Shown: positions 18,922 through 28,976 of the stretch, piece by piece
Layout of the letters: each line of letters opens with the position of its first letter
How positions within the stretch are numbered: the stretch's first letter is position 1
Source of the DNA: Patescibacteria group bacterium
GTDB taxonomy: Bacteria > Patescibacteriota > Microgenomatia > JAMCZE01
Assembly (NCBI GenBank): GCA_023485845.1
Contig: JAMCZE010000001.1
Span: 62,456 to 126,455 of the forward strand
DNA length: 64,000 bases
Direction: 5' to 3'
Notes under the pieces: model-generated
Told to the model about the DNA's origin: nothing
The model's input: only the letters and a program-made list of their open reading frames with translations
Databases searched by the model: none
Position numbers and translations under genes: made by a program

Positions 18922-19982
18922 AAGTGGGGATTTTTAGTCCGTATTTTGCAACCACGATTGGTGGGGGAGAGCGCTATGTTCTCACCGTCGCCGAGTTTTT
19001 TCTTAAGCGTGGTGATCAAGTGGACATTTTTTGGACCGGCGACCACAATGTGGCCGACATAAAAGAGAAATTCAATCTGGATTTAGCCGGTGTCCATTTT
19101 CGGCCGGATGTTTTCTTTAATAAAACCAATCGTTTCAATAAGGTCGTTGTGACGGCTGCTTATGACTTAATGTTTTTCCTGTCTGATGGCAGCATTCCCC
19201 TAAGTTTTGCCAGGAAAAACATTCTCCACTTCCAGACACCGTTTCACTATGACAATCAACGGACGCTGACTAATAAACTTAAATTGGCCCGATTCCAGTC
19301 AGTGGTTTGTAATTCCGCATTTACAAAAAGTTTTATTGATAAAACGTATGGGATCAACAGCAAGATTCTTTATCCCCCGGTGGATGTGGCGAAATTTTCT
19401 GTTGGCAAAAAAGAAAAACTAATCGTCTCCGTTGGTCATATTTATGGTCATATTCGCCCCAAGTGCCAGGACATAATGATTAAAACTTTCACTGCCATGG
19501 TGAAAGAAAAAAAATTAGCTGGCTGGAAATTGGCTTTAATCGGATCGGTGCACAATGATTCCGAAGATGAGCTGGTGATGCTCAAGCGCTTGGCTAAAGG
19601 CTATCCGGTCGAGATTATCACCGATGGACCATTTCGGGTAGTTAAAGATTATCTTTCCCGGGCGGCCATTTATTGGCATGCGGCCGGTTTCGGGGTGGAC
19701 TTAGAAAAAGAACCCGAGAAAGCGGAACATTTCGGCATGTCCACTGTGGAAGCCATGGCCGCCGGTGCTGTGCCGGTGGTTTTTAACGGCGGCGGGCAGC
19801 GTGAGGTCGTAAATGACGGTGTTGACGGGTTCTTTTGGAACACAACCGACGAGTTGTGTGACCGGACACTTCAGCTGGTGAACAACCCTAAACGTTGCCA
19901 TGCTTTGGCCAAACAGGCTGAAGAAAAATCAAAGACCTTTAGTAAGGAGAAATTTTATGCCGCGCTTGAAAAAATTTTTTAA
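18918..19982 (+). CDS. GT4 glycosyltransferase
   Basis: GGGERY, NS.FT, YPPVD, EHFGMSTVEAMAAG. Confidence 0.9.
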   Translation: MKVGIFSPYFATTIGGGERYVLTVAEFFLKRGDQVDIFWTGDHNVADIKEKFNLDLAGVHFRPDVFFNKTNRFNKVVVTAAYDLMFFLSDGSIPLSFARKNILHFQTPFHYDNQRTLTNKLKLARFQSVVCNSAFTKSFIDKTYGINSKILYPPVDVAKFSVGKKEKLIVSVGHIYGHIRPKCQDIMIKTFTAMVKEKKLAGWKLALIGSVHNDSEDELVMLKRLAKGYPVEIITDGPFRVVKDYLSRAAIYWHAAGFGVDLEKEPEKAEHFGMSTVEAMAAGAVPVVFNGGGQREVVNDGVDGFFWNTTDELCDRTLQLVNNPKRCHALAKQAEEKSKTFSKEKFYAALEKIF

Positions 19983-22104
19983 ATTTTTTCCGCTGATTTT
20001 TCTGGTCGCGTTCGTTATCATTGTTTTTCGCCAGTTTTTCTTTTCCGGACAATTGCCAATCCCGGCGGACACCATCGTTGGTCTCTATCATCCTTGGCGT
20101 GATGCTCTGGCCGGTCAGTACCCTAATGGGCTGCCCTTTAAGAATTTCCTAATTACTGATCCGGTTCGCCAGACTTACCCCTGGCGGCAGTTGGCCATGT
20201 CCGTTCTTAAAAGTGGGCAGGTGCCCTGGTGGAATCCCTACTCGTTTTCCGGGGCCCCATTGTTAGCTAACTTACAGTCGGCAGTTTTTTATCCCCTAAA
20301 CCTGCTTTACATTTTTGATAATTTTCCCTTGGTTTGGTCCTGGCAGATTGTCTTCCAAGTTATCCTCGGTGGGCTGTTCATGTGGCTTTATCTGCGTCAC
20401 TTTCGGCTTCACCTTTTTGCCCAAGCCCTGGGGGTTCTAACCTGGGTGGGCAGCGGATTTTGGCTGTCCTGGTTGGAGTGGAACACCCTGGTTCAAGCCG
20501 TTCTTTGGTTACCGTTGTTGTTGTTATGTGTGGAGAAGTTAAATTTTAAATATGGATTAATTTTTGTTTTTGCTCTGACGGCCAGTTTTTTGGCCGGTCA
20601 CCTGCAAACCTTTGCTTACGTGTTCTCTGTTGTTTCTTTATACATCATGGTGCGCCGGCCGCGTCTTATTGCCAGGTTCTTGCTTCTTTATCTGTTATTT
20701 TTTGCTATAACTGCCCCGGTGTGGTGGCCGGCCTTTGGTTTTATCCAACAATCAGCCCGCAGTGCCGACCAGTCGGCAGTTGGCCGGGTCGATTGGTTTT
20801 TGCCTTGGCAGAACCTGGCCCAATTTGTTGCCCCGGATTTTTTTGGCAACCCGGCAACGCTAAATTATTTTGGGGTTTGGAACTACCAGGAGTTTATCGG
20901 CTATACCGGCATCGCTGGTTTGGTCTTTTCGTTGCTTGCCGTTTTCTTTCGACGGGATAAGAAAACACTTTTCTGGGGGACCTTGGCAGTTCTTTGTCTG
21001 GCGTTGGCCTTGCCGACACCATTGGCAAAGATTATGCCCCAACCGGCTCAACCAACCAGATTGTTGTCGATTATTGATTTTTGTCTGGCCATGTTGGCAG
21101 CCTTAGGGTTGGATCTCTATCTGCACCGGTCGCGAAGAATTTTCTGGTTGGTCCCGATTACAGTTTTAATGATAGTCCTGGTTCTTTTTGTTGTTGCCGC
21201 AAAACTTTCTTTAGCGGTAAGTTTACATAATCTCTATCTGCCGATTGCTCTGGCGGCAATGACATTAGTCTTGTTCATTAACAGGAAACTTGCCATCTTG
21301 ATTTTGCTTTTGGCCCTCTTTGACCTGTCACGCTTTTTTATTAAATTTGAATCCTTTTCTAATCCCACTTGGCTTTTTCCCCAAACGAAAGTGGTGTCTT
21401 TTTTGCAAGATCAAACAAGGAAAGACACTTTTCGCATTGCCGCCACGGACGACCGGATTTTCCCCCCAAACTTTTCGGTTGATTATAAACTTCAGATGGT
21501 CTCCGGCTATGACCCGCTATATTTGTTGCGTTATGGGGAATTTGTTGCCGCCATGGAGCGGGGGAAGCCGGACATTTCTGCCCCACTAGGTTTCAACCGA
21601 ATTATCACGCCGAAAAATTATCGTAGCAAACTCTTTAATTTGCTCAATGTTAAATATTTGTTATCGCTTGACCCGGTTGCTGATCCTCAATATCAGTTAG
21701 TTTTCCAGGAGAGGGAAACAAAAGTTTATGAGAACAAGGCAGTTTTGCCTCGGGCGTTTTTCGTGGCGCAGGTGGTTAGTTCATCTGGTGAGCAGGACAC
21801 CATTAATAGAATGTTTGCCGCTGATTTTGATCCGGCTAACACGGCCGTTGTTCAGAACCAAAGTTTTTTTTCTCATCCCGGTCAGGCGCAGATAAAAATT
21901 TATAACGAAAATTCGGTGGTAGTGGAGACCAGCAACACTGATGCCGGCTTTCTGGTGTTAACGGACAACTTCTATCCTGGTTGGCAAGCAACTATTGATG
22001 GACAAAAAACCACAATCTATTTAACCGATTTTGCTTTCCGGGGGGTCGTGGTTCCCGCTGGCCAACACGTCGTGCGCTTTTATCTATATAATAGTGTTCT
22101 ATGA
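19957..22104 (+). CDS. YfhO-family GT-C membrane protein
   Basis: ATG 19957 with AAGGAG upstream. WNPYSFSG.PLLAN, AGHLQ, PDFFGNP, GYDP, DNFYPGWQATIDG. Paralog of 8917. Confidence 0.85.
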   Translation: MPRLKKFFKFFPLIFLVAFVIIVFRQFFFSGQLPIPADTIVGLYHPWRDALAGQYPNGLPFKNFLITDPVRQTYPWRQLAMSVLKSGQVPWWNPYSFSGAPLLANLQSAVFYPLNLLYIFDNFPLVWSWQIVFQVILGGLFMWLYLRHFRLHLFAQALGVLTWVGSGFWLSWLEWNTLVQAVLWLPLLLLCVEKLNFKYGLIFVFALTASFLAGHLQTFAYVFSVVSLYIMVRRPRLIARFLLLYLLFFAITAPVWWPAFGFIQQSARSADQSAVGRVDWFLPWQNLAQFVAPDFFGNPATLNYFGVWNYQEFIGYTGIAGLVFSLLAVFFRRDKKTLFWGTLAVLCLALALPTPLAKIMPQPAQPTRLLSIIDFCLAMLAALGLDLYLHRSRRIFWLVPITVLMIVLVLFVVAAKLSLAVSLHNLYLPIALAAMTLVLFINRKLAILILLLALFDLSRFFIKFESFSNPTWLFPQTKVVSFLQDQTRKDTFRIAATDDRIFPPNFSVDYKLQMVSGYDPLYLLRYGEFVAAMERGKPDISAPLGFNRIITPKNYRSKLFNLLNVKYLLSLDPVADPQYQLVFQERETKVYENKAVLPRAFFVAQVVSSSGEQDTINRMFAADFDPANTAVVQNQSFFSHPGQAQIKIYNENSVVVETSNTDAGFLVLTDNFYPGWQATIDGQKTTIYLTDFAFRGVVVPAGQHVVRFYLYNSVL

Positions 22105-22221
22105 GCAGGAAAGTTGGTGTTCTTTTAATTTTGGTCACTTTTCTCGGGGCGTTGCTGCGATTTCGCGACATCACCATTAACCCGCCGAACATTAACACTG
22201 ACGAGGCGGCTATCGGCTACA

Positions 22222-23136
22222 ATGCTTATTCAATTTTAAAAACCGGCCGTGATGAATATGGCCAGCCCTTCCCGTTAGCCTTTCGATCCTTTGATGACTA
22301 TAAACCGCCGCTCTACATTTATATGACCGTTCCGTCAGTGGCAGTTTTTGGCCTTAATGAATTTGCCGTTCGATTCCCCTCGGCTCTGCTAGGCATTCTT
22401 GCTATCCCCATCGTCTTTTTCCTAACTAGGGAGTTACTGGACAACCTGCCTGCCAGCAGGCAGATTGGGTTACTGTCTTCATTTTTGTTGGCGATTTCTC
22501 CCTGGCACATCCAGTTTACCCGAACGGCTTATGAAACCGGAAGCAATGCTTTTTTCACAGGGCTTGGTCTGCTGCTTTTTTTGAAGGGTTTAAAAAACAA
22601 GTGGTTTTTGGTTGGGGCGGGCATCGTTTTTGGCCTGCAAACTTATCTCTATCAGGCCAGCAAAGTTTTTGTTCCGATGCTTATTCAATTTTAAAAACCG
22701 GCCGTGATGAATATGGCCAGCCCTTCCCGTTAGCCTTTCGATCCTTTGATGACTATAAACCGCCGCTCTACATTTATATGACCGTTCCGTCAGTGGCAGT
22801 TTTTGGCCTTAATGAATTTGCCGTTCGATTCCCCTCGGCTCTGCTAGGCATTCTTGCTATCCCCATCGTCTTTTTCCTAACTAGGGAGTTACTGGACAAC
22901 CTGCCTGCCAGCAGGCAGATTGGGTTACTGTCTTCATTTTTGTTGGCGATTTCTCCCTGGCACATCCAGTTTACCCGAACGGCTTATGAAACCGGAAGCA
23001 ATGCTTTTTTCACAGGGCTTGGTCTGCTGCTTTTTTTGAAGGGTTTAAAAAACAAGTGGTTTTTGGTTGGGGCGGGCATCGTTTTTGGCCTGCAAACTTA
23101 TCTCTATCAGGCCAGCAAAGTTTTTGTTCCGATGCT
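22222..23136 (+). repeat. 455-bp direct tandem duplication (22222-22676, 22677-23131) bounded by ATGCT
   Basis: ATGCT at 22222, 22677 and 23132. Identical antisense ORFs at 22319 and 22774 (offset 455). Confidence 0.95.
22446..22463. repeat. Palindrome CTGCCTGC-ca-GCAGGCAG inside coding sequence (copy at 22901-22918)
   Basis: 8-bp perfect arms. Encodes LPASRQ, absent from paralogs at this position. Confidence 0.7.
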
Positions 23137-24180
23137 GCTGGCCTGCCTGCTGGTAATTTTCTTTCGCCGGGTGCCCTGGCGGCAATTTATCTGGTTGGCG
23201 TTGCCCCTTGGTCTTCTTCTAATCCCGGTGGTCATAACCACTCTTTCACCAACCGGAATTCTTCGGGTTCAGGGAACCAGCATTTTCCAGGACCCCAAAC
23301 CACTAGAGCGCTATGGGGCCCTGGTGAAGACCGATTGGCTGAGAAATGATAATAAATCGGTGCTGTTGTTTCATCCGAAAGTGTTGACATACTTCCAGGA
23401 CATTTTGGCTGGCTATCTGTCCCATTTCCGGCCGGATTTTTTCTTAGTTAGCAACGGCGATCCAAAAGTAACCTACGTTCCCCAGGTGGGCCTGATGAAC
23501 TTGTGGGTCTACCCGTTTTTCCTGGCCGGTTTTTATTTCCTATTTAAAAGGCGTGATAAAACGGCCGCGGCAGTGCTTGTTTCCTGGTTCTTAATTGCCC
23601 CGATTCCGGCAGCGGTTACTATTGGGTTGCCTAATTCTGTCCGCAGTGCGGTTTTTTTGCCCGATTTGCAGATTATTGCGGCCTATGGTTTGTTTAGTCT
23701 TTTCCCCAAGCTGGCGGGGATTTTAAAAACTGCTTTATTTCTTGCGGCAGTTTATCTGTTTGCTTTTTATGTCCATATGCTCTTTGTTCATGCCCCTGTT
23801 GCTTCCGCCCAGCAATGGTATTACGGCTATAAACAGATGGTGGAACAAACGCTTGAACTTCAAAAAGATTATAAGCAAGTTTACGTTTCCACCGATCTGG
23901 ACCAGCCGCAGATTTTTTATCTTTTCTATCTTAAATATGACCCCCAACATTATCTTAATGTTGACGGCGGCACCAAGGGTGGAGGGTTTGATGAACAAGG
24001 GAATCGCTTTGCTAATTATTACTTTCGCTCTTTGGATTTTGGGCAAAATCGCTCAAACTTCGATATTCTTTTCGTTGGCCCGCCAAAGGAATTTCCCACC
24101 ACGGTTAAGCCAATAAAGATTTTGTATGATCCCGACGGTCAGCCCTTTGTCTATTTTGTCAAACCCAGCTTGCCGACATA

Positions 24181-25650
24181 ATGAAAAAGTTTTTACTGCC
24201 CGCCACGTTTATCTTAATCATTGTCCTGGCATTCTTTCTTCGGTTTTACCACTTGACTCTTGACCCGCCCCATCTTTATTGGGACGAAGCCTCGATTGCC
24301 TATAATGCCTACTCAATTAACCAGACGGAAAAGGATGAGTGGGGAGCAGCCGCCCCGGTGCTTTTTAAGGCCTTCGGGGAATACAAATTTCCGGCCTATA
24401 TCTATCTCACAGCGGCGTCGCAGCGGCTTTTCGGCCTCACCGATTTTGCTGTCCGTTTCCCCTCTGCCATCGCCGGGGTCTTAATAGTTGTCGTGGTGTT
24501 TTTTCTCACCAAAGAACTATTTGGTAATTTGATCACGGCCTTATTGTCTTCATTTTTTGTAGCGGTTTCTCCCTGGGCACTGCAATTTTCCCGGGCCGGC
24601 TTTGAAGCAAACCTGGCCGTCCTTCTCATCGTCTCCGGAATCTATTTTTTCCTGCGCAAGGCCTATCTTATTTCCTTGATGCTAATCGCCGCCGCTCTCT
24701 ACACTTATCAGGCTGCCTTTGTTAGTGTTCCTTTGGTTTTGCTGTTGCTAATTATCTCTTTTTCTCACACAAAAAGATTAATCCTGCCGTTAATTGTCTT
24801 TGCCGTTGTTTTGCTGCCGCTGGCGAATGCCTATCTTTTCTCTGGCGGTCGTGCCCGGGCGGCCAGTGAAAACTTTTTAAATATGGCCGGCAATCCGGTG
24901 ACAAATCTCACCAATAATTACGTGGCAAATTTTTCCCTGGATTATCTTTTCTTCCATGGGGATCAGGACGGCCGCCACTCGGTGAAAAAAATCGGCGAGT
25001 TATATCTTTGGCAGCTGCCGTTAATTTTGGCCGGCTGCTATGTTCTTCTTCGCCGGCCATCCAAAGCAGGAGCGCTGGTTTTTGGGTTGATCTTGGCCGG
25101 CAGTTTGCCCCCGGCTTTGACCACTGTTTCTCCCCATGCCCTGCGCGGGCTGCTGGCAATGGTCGGCTGGCAGCTTTTGTCTGCCAGCGGCGCGGTTTGG
25201 CTATTGGCAAAAACGCCGAAGTTCTGGCGCCTTTTAGCTATTGCGGTGATTGGATATGCCCTGATTATTTATCTAAATCTCTATTGGGTTAATTACCCAG
25301 CAGCCTACGCGGCTGACTGGCAAGATGGCCAGCGCCAGACTGTGGAATACTTGAAGCGGGTGGAAGGAAATTATAGCGAAATCTTAGTTAGTCAAGACCT
25401 AAATCCGATTTATATTTTTCTCTATTGGCCCGTTGACCCAAGGGTTGTTCAGGACAGCGGTCACAACGAACAGACTTTTTTGAAGTTTCATTATGTTGAT
25501 CTTGGTGGAGGGTTTGACCCGGTTAAACAATATGCCGGCAGAAAAGTTTTGGTGGTGACGCCGGGGTGGTATAACAATGAGTCTTGGACCATTTTACGAG
25601 CGATAAAGTCTGCCAGTGGAGACTATGTCTTTCGAATTTATGAATTTTGA
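24181..25650 (+). CDS. GT-C (PMT-2/ArnT-like), WDEA-x-YNA subfamily
   Basis: YWDEASIAYNAYS, DEWG, GEYK, RFPSA, SPW..FSR.GFE, PHALR. Confidence 0.82.
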   Translation: MKKFLLPATFILIIVLAFFLRFYHLTLDPPHLYWDEASIAYNAYSINQTEKDEWGAAAPVLFKAFGEYKFPAYIYLTAASQRLFGLTDFAVRFPSAIAGVLIVVVVFFLTKELFGNLITALLSSFFVAVSPWALQFSRAGFEANLAVLLIVSGIYFFLRKAYLISLMLIAAALYTYQAAFVSVPLVLLLLIISFSHTKRLILPLIVFAVVLLPLANAYLFSGGRARAASENFLNMAGNPVTNLTNNYVANFSLDYLFFHGDQDGRHSVKKIGELYLWQLPLILAGCYVLLRRPSKAGALVFGLILAGSLPPALTTVSPHALRGLLAMVGWQLLSASGAVWLLAKTPKFWRLLAIAVIGYALIIYLNLYWVNYPAAYAADWQDGQRQTVEYLKRVEGNYSEILVSQDLNPIYIFLYWPVDPRVVQDSGHNEQTFLKFHYVDLGGGFDPVKQYAGRKVLVVTPGWYNNESWTILRAIKSASGDYVFRIYEF

Positions 25651-26068
25651 TTTTGCATGTAACATCGGACACATTCAACTTGATGTTCCCCATCAGGTTT
25701 GGGAAGCTGTGGTGGCCGGAGGCAATGTCGACCCTTTGATTTCCCGGTTTTTACACTCCACGCCGTCTTTCTATGCTAATAATCTTCTTCGTTGCTATCT
25801 TTCCTATTTTTCCCCGGACTTTCTAACCCAAGCGTTCACTCTTGTTGGCCTGATTCTTTTCGGCCTGGGGTTATGGCACCTGGTGATCAATAATCACTGG
25901 AAACTTCTCGCTCTCGTTCTTCTCGCCCCGCTCTCACCACTTTTCAATATCCCCCAAAGCGGACTATATCAAGGCGCCATTCTCTATTTTACTCTCGTCC
26001 TAGTGATACTTTTCGGGATTTATAATTTATTTGTATGGTTAGTAAAGATAAAATCCTCCTGGTGGTAG
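25640..26068 (+). CDS. Small membrane protein resembling the central loop plus TMs of the GT-C paralogs
   Basis: ATG 25640. PLISRFLH..YLSYFSPDFL resembles PLVVRVFHNK..YVTFFSP (3740) and YLSHFRPDF (22101 gene). Confidence 0.6.
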   Translation: MNFDFACNIGHIQLDVPHQVWEAVVAGGNVDPLISRFLHSTPSFYANNLLRCYLSYFSPDFLTQAFTLVGLILFGLGLWHLVINNHWKLLALVLLAPLSPLFNIPQSGLYQGAILYFTLVLVILFGIYNLFVWLVKIKSSWW

Positions 26069-27627
26069 TTGTTTTTTTGGCGTTTGTTTTGCGGTTCTAC
26101 CAGTTGGGGAGTAATCCGCCAAGTTTATATTGGGATGAAGCGTCACTAGGTTATAACGCCTTTTCTATTGCCACCACCCTGCGTGATGAGCACGGCGAGT
26201 TTTTACCCTTAACCCGCTTTATTGCCTTTGGTGATTATAAAGCGCCCGGCTACATTTATGCAGCCGCTGCCGCCGTCAAACTTTTCGGCCTTTCCGAGTT
26301 AACCGTCCGTTTGTCTTCCGCTCTGGCCGGCACCTTATTGGTTTTAGTGACCTATTTTTTAGTTAAGGAGTTAATTAATGATAAGCAGATAGCTTTAATT
26401 TCTTCGTTTTTGGTCGCCATTTCACCGTGGTCATTGCAATTGAGCCGGGGAGCTTTCGAGGCTAATCTCGCTACCCTTTTCTCCACCGCTGGCGTTTGGT
26501 TTTTTCTTATTGCTCTTCGCCGTAAATCAGCTATCAGCTATCAGCTATCAGCTATCAGCTTCATCTTGTCAATGTACACCTTCAATTCTCACCGGATCTT
26601 CGTGCCGCTGATGATTGGAGCACTACTACTAATTTTTTCCCGTCGTCTCTGGATGCAGAAAAAACATGTTGGCCTGTTTCTTGTATCTTGTTTCTTGTTT
26701 CTTGTTCCCTTGTTATTGTATGCCCGGACCCGAGAAGCCCAGCTGCGTTTTAATGAGGTCAGTTGGCTTAATGATTCTGCCCCGATTGAGTTGTCTAACC
26801 AACGGATCGCTTATGATCATGATGTCTGGTGGGCAAAAATTATTCATAACCGCCGGGTGGTCTACAGCCTGGAGTTTCTCAAACACTACACTGACGCTTT
26901 TAGCACCGACTTCCTATTTATAAAGGGTGACGTTAATGAGCGGTTGTCTATCCAAACCATGGGCGAGCTATATTTAATTGATCTGCCGTTTTTGTTGGCT
27001 GGCCTTTATCTGTTGGTTCGGCGCCCCAATAAATCGACGGCCGTCATCTTGGCCTGGGCATTATTGGCACCAATTCCGGCGGCCATGGCTCGGGAAACGC
27101 CCCACGCGCTGCGGACACTTAATCTTTTGCCGATTCCCCAGATTATCACCGCCATCGGAGTGGCGTGGTCTATCAAGAAATTTCCTAAATTCCTTATCCC
27201 CCTGACCCTCCTAATCTCCCTTAGTGTCTTATTTTATCTTCACAGTTATTATATTGATTATCCGAAAAAATATGATCTGGCTTGGCAGTATGGTTATAAA
27301 CAATTGGTCAGCTATGTGGCGGCGCATGAGAATAACTACGATCATATTAGTGTCACCGAGACCTATGGCCGGCCTTATATTTATTTTCTCTTCTACGAGC
27401 AATACCCCCTGGAGAAATACTTGCAGACAGTGAGCACAGACCGGGATTGGTATGGCTTTTGGTATGTCCACGGCTTTGATAAACTGGTTTTTGGAGACAC
27501 AGCGCCGGGGCAGGGGAGCACGCTTTTTGTCCGCGGGCCGGACGAAGCTCCGGCGGGCGCAAAATTGGTCGATACAATTGATGATTTGAATCATAAACCT
27601 GTCTTTTTGTTATGGGCATCGCGTTAG
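26035..27627 (+). CDS. GT-C (PMT-2/ArnT-like), WDEA-x-YNA subfamily
   Basis: YWDEASLGYNAFS, DEHG, GDYK, IHNR, PHALR, WQYGY, PYIY. Confidence 0.82.
   Translation: MVSKDKILLVVVVFLAFVLRFYQLGSNPPSLYWDEASLGYNAFSIATTLRDEHGEFLPLTRFIAFGDYKAPGYIYAAAAAVKLFGLSELTVRLSSALAGTLLVLVTYFLVKELINDKQIALISSFLVAISPWSLQLSRGAFEANLATLFSTAGVWFFLIALRRKSAISYQLSAISFILSMYTFNSHRIFVPLMIGALLLIFSRRLWMQKKHVGLFLVSCFLFLVPLLLYARTREAQLRFNEVSWLNDSAPIELSNQRIAYDHDVWWAKIIHNRRVVYSLEFLKHYTDAFSTDFLFIKGDVNERLSIQTMGELYLIDLPFLLAGLYLLVRRPNKSTAVILAWALLAPIPAAMARETPHALRTLNLLPIPQIITAIGVAWSIKKFPKFLIPLTLLISLSVLFYLHSYYIDYPKKYDLAWQYGYKQLVSYVAAHENNYDHISVTETYGRPYIYFLFYEQYPLEKYLQTVSTDRDWYGFWYVHGFDKLVFGDTAPGQGSTLFVRGPDEAPAGAKLVDTIDDLNHKPVFLLWASR
26526..26560 (+). 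repeat. Perfect heptamer tandem repeat (ATCAGCT)x5 in CDS
   Basis: Read directly. Encodes SAISYQLSAIS. Confidence 0.95.
26675..26709 (+). repeat. Heptamer tandem repeat (TGTTTCT) about x5, imperfect, in CDS
   Basis: TGTTTCT TGTATCT TGTTTCT TGTTTCT TGTTCCC. Confidence 0.8.
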
Positions 27628-28976
27628 TAATCAGTTTTGTGTTTTACACCCTACTTTCCTGGGCGATTTTATTTCGTGATGCCTGGACGTTAGAAGTGTT
27701 ACGAACAAAGTTTTACCCCGGACAAGCAGCTTTAATCAACCAGATTGAACTATTCCTTCAGCCATTAAAACTGAACACTATTCCTACCCTATTATTTGCT
27801 GTTTTTGCCATTTTTGCGTTTATTGTTTACTTTTTGGCCCTGCGAAAACGAATAGCAGCCTCGAAAATCTTGATTTTCTCTTTGCTTTTCCAAATTATCG
27901 TCTTTTTCTCTTATCCCATCCTTTCCACTGACGTTTTGAGTTACATCCTCTCGGATCGGATCGCCGTGGTTTATCATCAGAGCGTCTGGACCACTAAACC
28001 GAATGTTTTTAACCACGACCCCTACTATTATTTGGTTTATCCCATTTATGCCGCTTCTGATTGGACAAACCAGACTCGGATCTACGGCCCGGTCAATCAG
28101 GTGATCTACTCGGCCGTGACCGCGATCTCCGGGAATGATTTTCTGACTAATCTAGCGGCGCATAAGTTAGTGGTGTTGGTTTTTAATCTGCTGACAATGG
28201 CCCTGGTCTATAAGATTTTGAAGGAGCATTTCCCTGATAAATTAAATTTTAGCCTGGTGTTGCTTTTTTGGAACCCGTTATTTATTTTGGAAACAGTCGG
28301 TTCCGGCCACAACGACATCTTGATGGTTTTCTTTATGTTGCTCTCCTATCTTTTCTATCTTGGAAAGAAGCCAATTTTGGTGGCGCTGGCACTGGCACTG
28401 GCCGTTAATGTCAAGTCCACCGCCTTGCTCTTGGCCACGTTTTACACTGTAGTCTTTCCTCTAACATTTTTTGCGCCCTTTTGCGCCTTTGCATTTGCTG
28501 GATTTTTGACAATGGGAGTGAGTTTGTCGGCCTTTATCAGGCGGACGGCTTTTAGCACCACCCTTTATTGGCAATCCCTGCCGCAACAAGTGGCAAGGGT
28601 CTTGCCTTTTGGCACGCGCGTTCTCACGCCGGTCTTTTTGGTTATTTACGCTTTTCAGTGTCTGCGCGGCTGGCTGACCCGGCGCGATCCGTTAGTTTTG
28701 TATGGCCAGGCAATTCTTTTTTATCTTCTTTTTGCCCTGGGGGCCTATTGGAATTGGTATAGTCTTTGGGTCCTGACCGCATTTGCCTTCTTGGGGCGGG
28801 GACTTTGGAGCCGGATCGCAGCCGCTTTCACTTTCACTTCAGCCCTTGCCTATCCGCTCTATTGGCTCTCATTGCGATTTAACTACCAACATCCCCTCTG
28901 GCCCGTGATAATATATTTAGTGATTGCCGGGGGACCGGTGGGGGTTTTTCTCTATGATAAAGTTAAAGCGCGCTGA
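27612..28976 (+). CDS. MptA/MptB-like GT-C membrane glycosyltransferase
   Basis: STDVLSY, IYGP, WNPL, GHND, VK, WNWY. Confidence 0.75.
   Translation: MGIALVISFVFYTLLSWAILFRDAWTLEVLRTKFYPGQAALINQIELFLQPLKLNTIPTLLFAVFAIFAFIVYFLALRKRIAASKILIFSLLFQIIVFFSYPILSTDVLSYILSDRIAVVYHQSVWTTKPNVFNHDPYYYLVYPIYAASDWTNQTRIYGPVNQVIYSAVTAISGNDFLTNLAAHKLVVLVFNLLTMALVYKILKEHFPDKLNFSLVLLFWNPLFILETVGSGHNDILMVFFMLLSYLFYLGKKPILVALALALAVNVKSTALLLATFYTVVFPLTFFAPFCAFAFAGFLTMGVSLSAFIRRTAFSTTLYWQSLPQQVARVLPFGTRVLTPVFLVIYAFQCLRGWLTRRDPLVLYGQAILFYLLFALGAYWNWYSLWVLTAFAFLGRGLWSRIAAAFTFTSALAYPLYWLSLRFNYQHPLWPVIIYLVIAGGPVGVFLYDKVKAR

Larger units (their letters stand above)
22101..24181 (+). pseudogene. GT-C (DEA-x-YNA subfamily) gene frameshifted by an internal 455-bp tandem duplication
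   Basis: ORFs 22101..22694 and 22601..24181 share an identical block. Removing one unit gives a 1626-nt ORF (541 aa) with TDEAAIGYNAYS. Confidence 0.8.

Noticed and set aside
22222-23136. Duplication as a mobile element or CRISPR/DGR repeat
   Set aside because: No terminal repeats, spacers, reverse transcriptase or adenine-specific differences; it is internal gene sequence.
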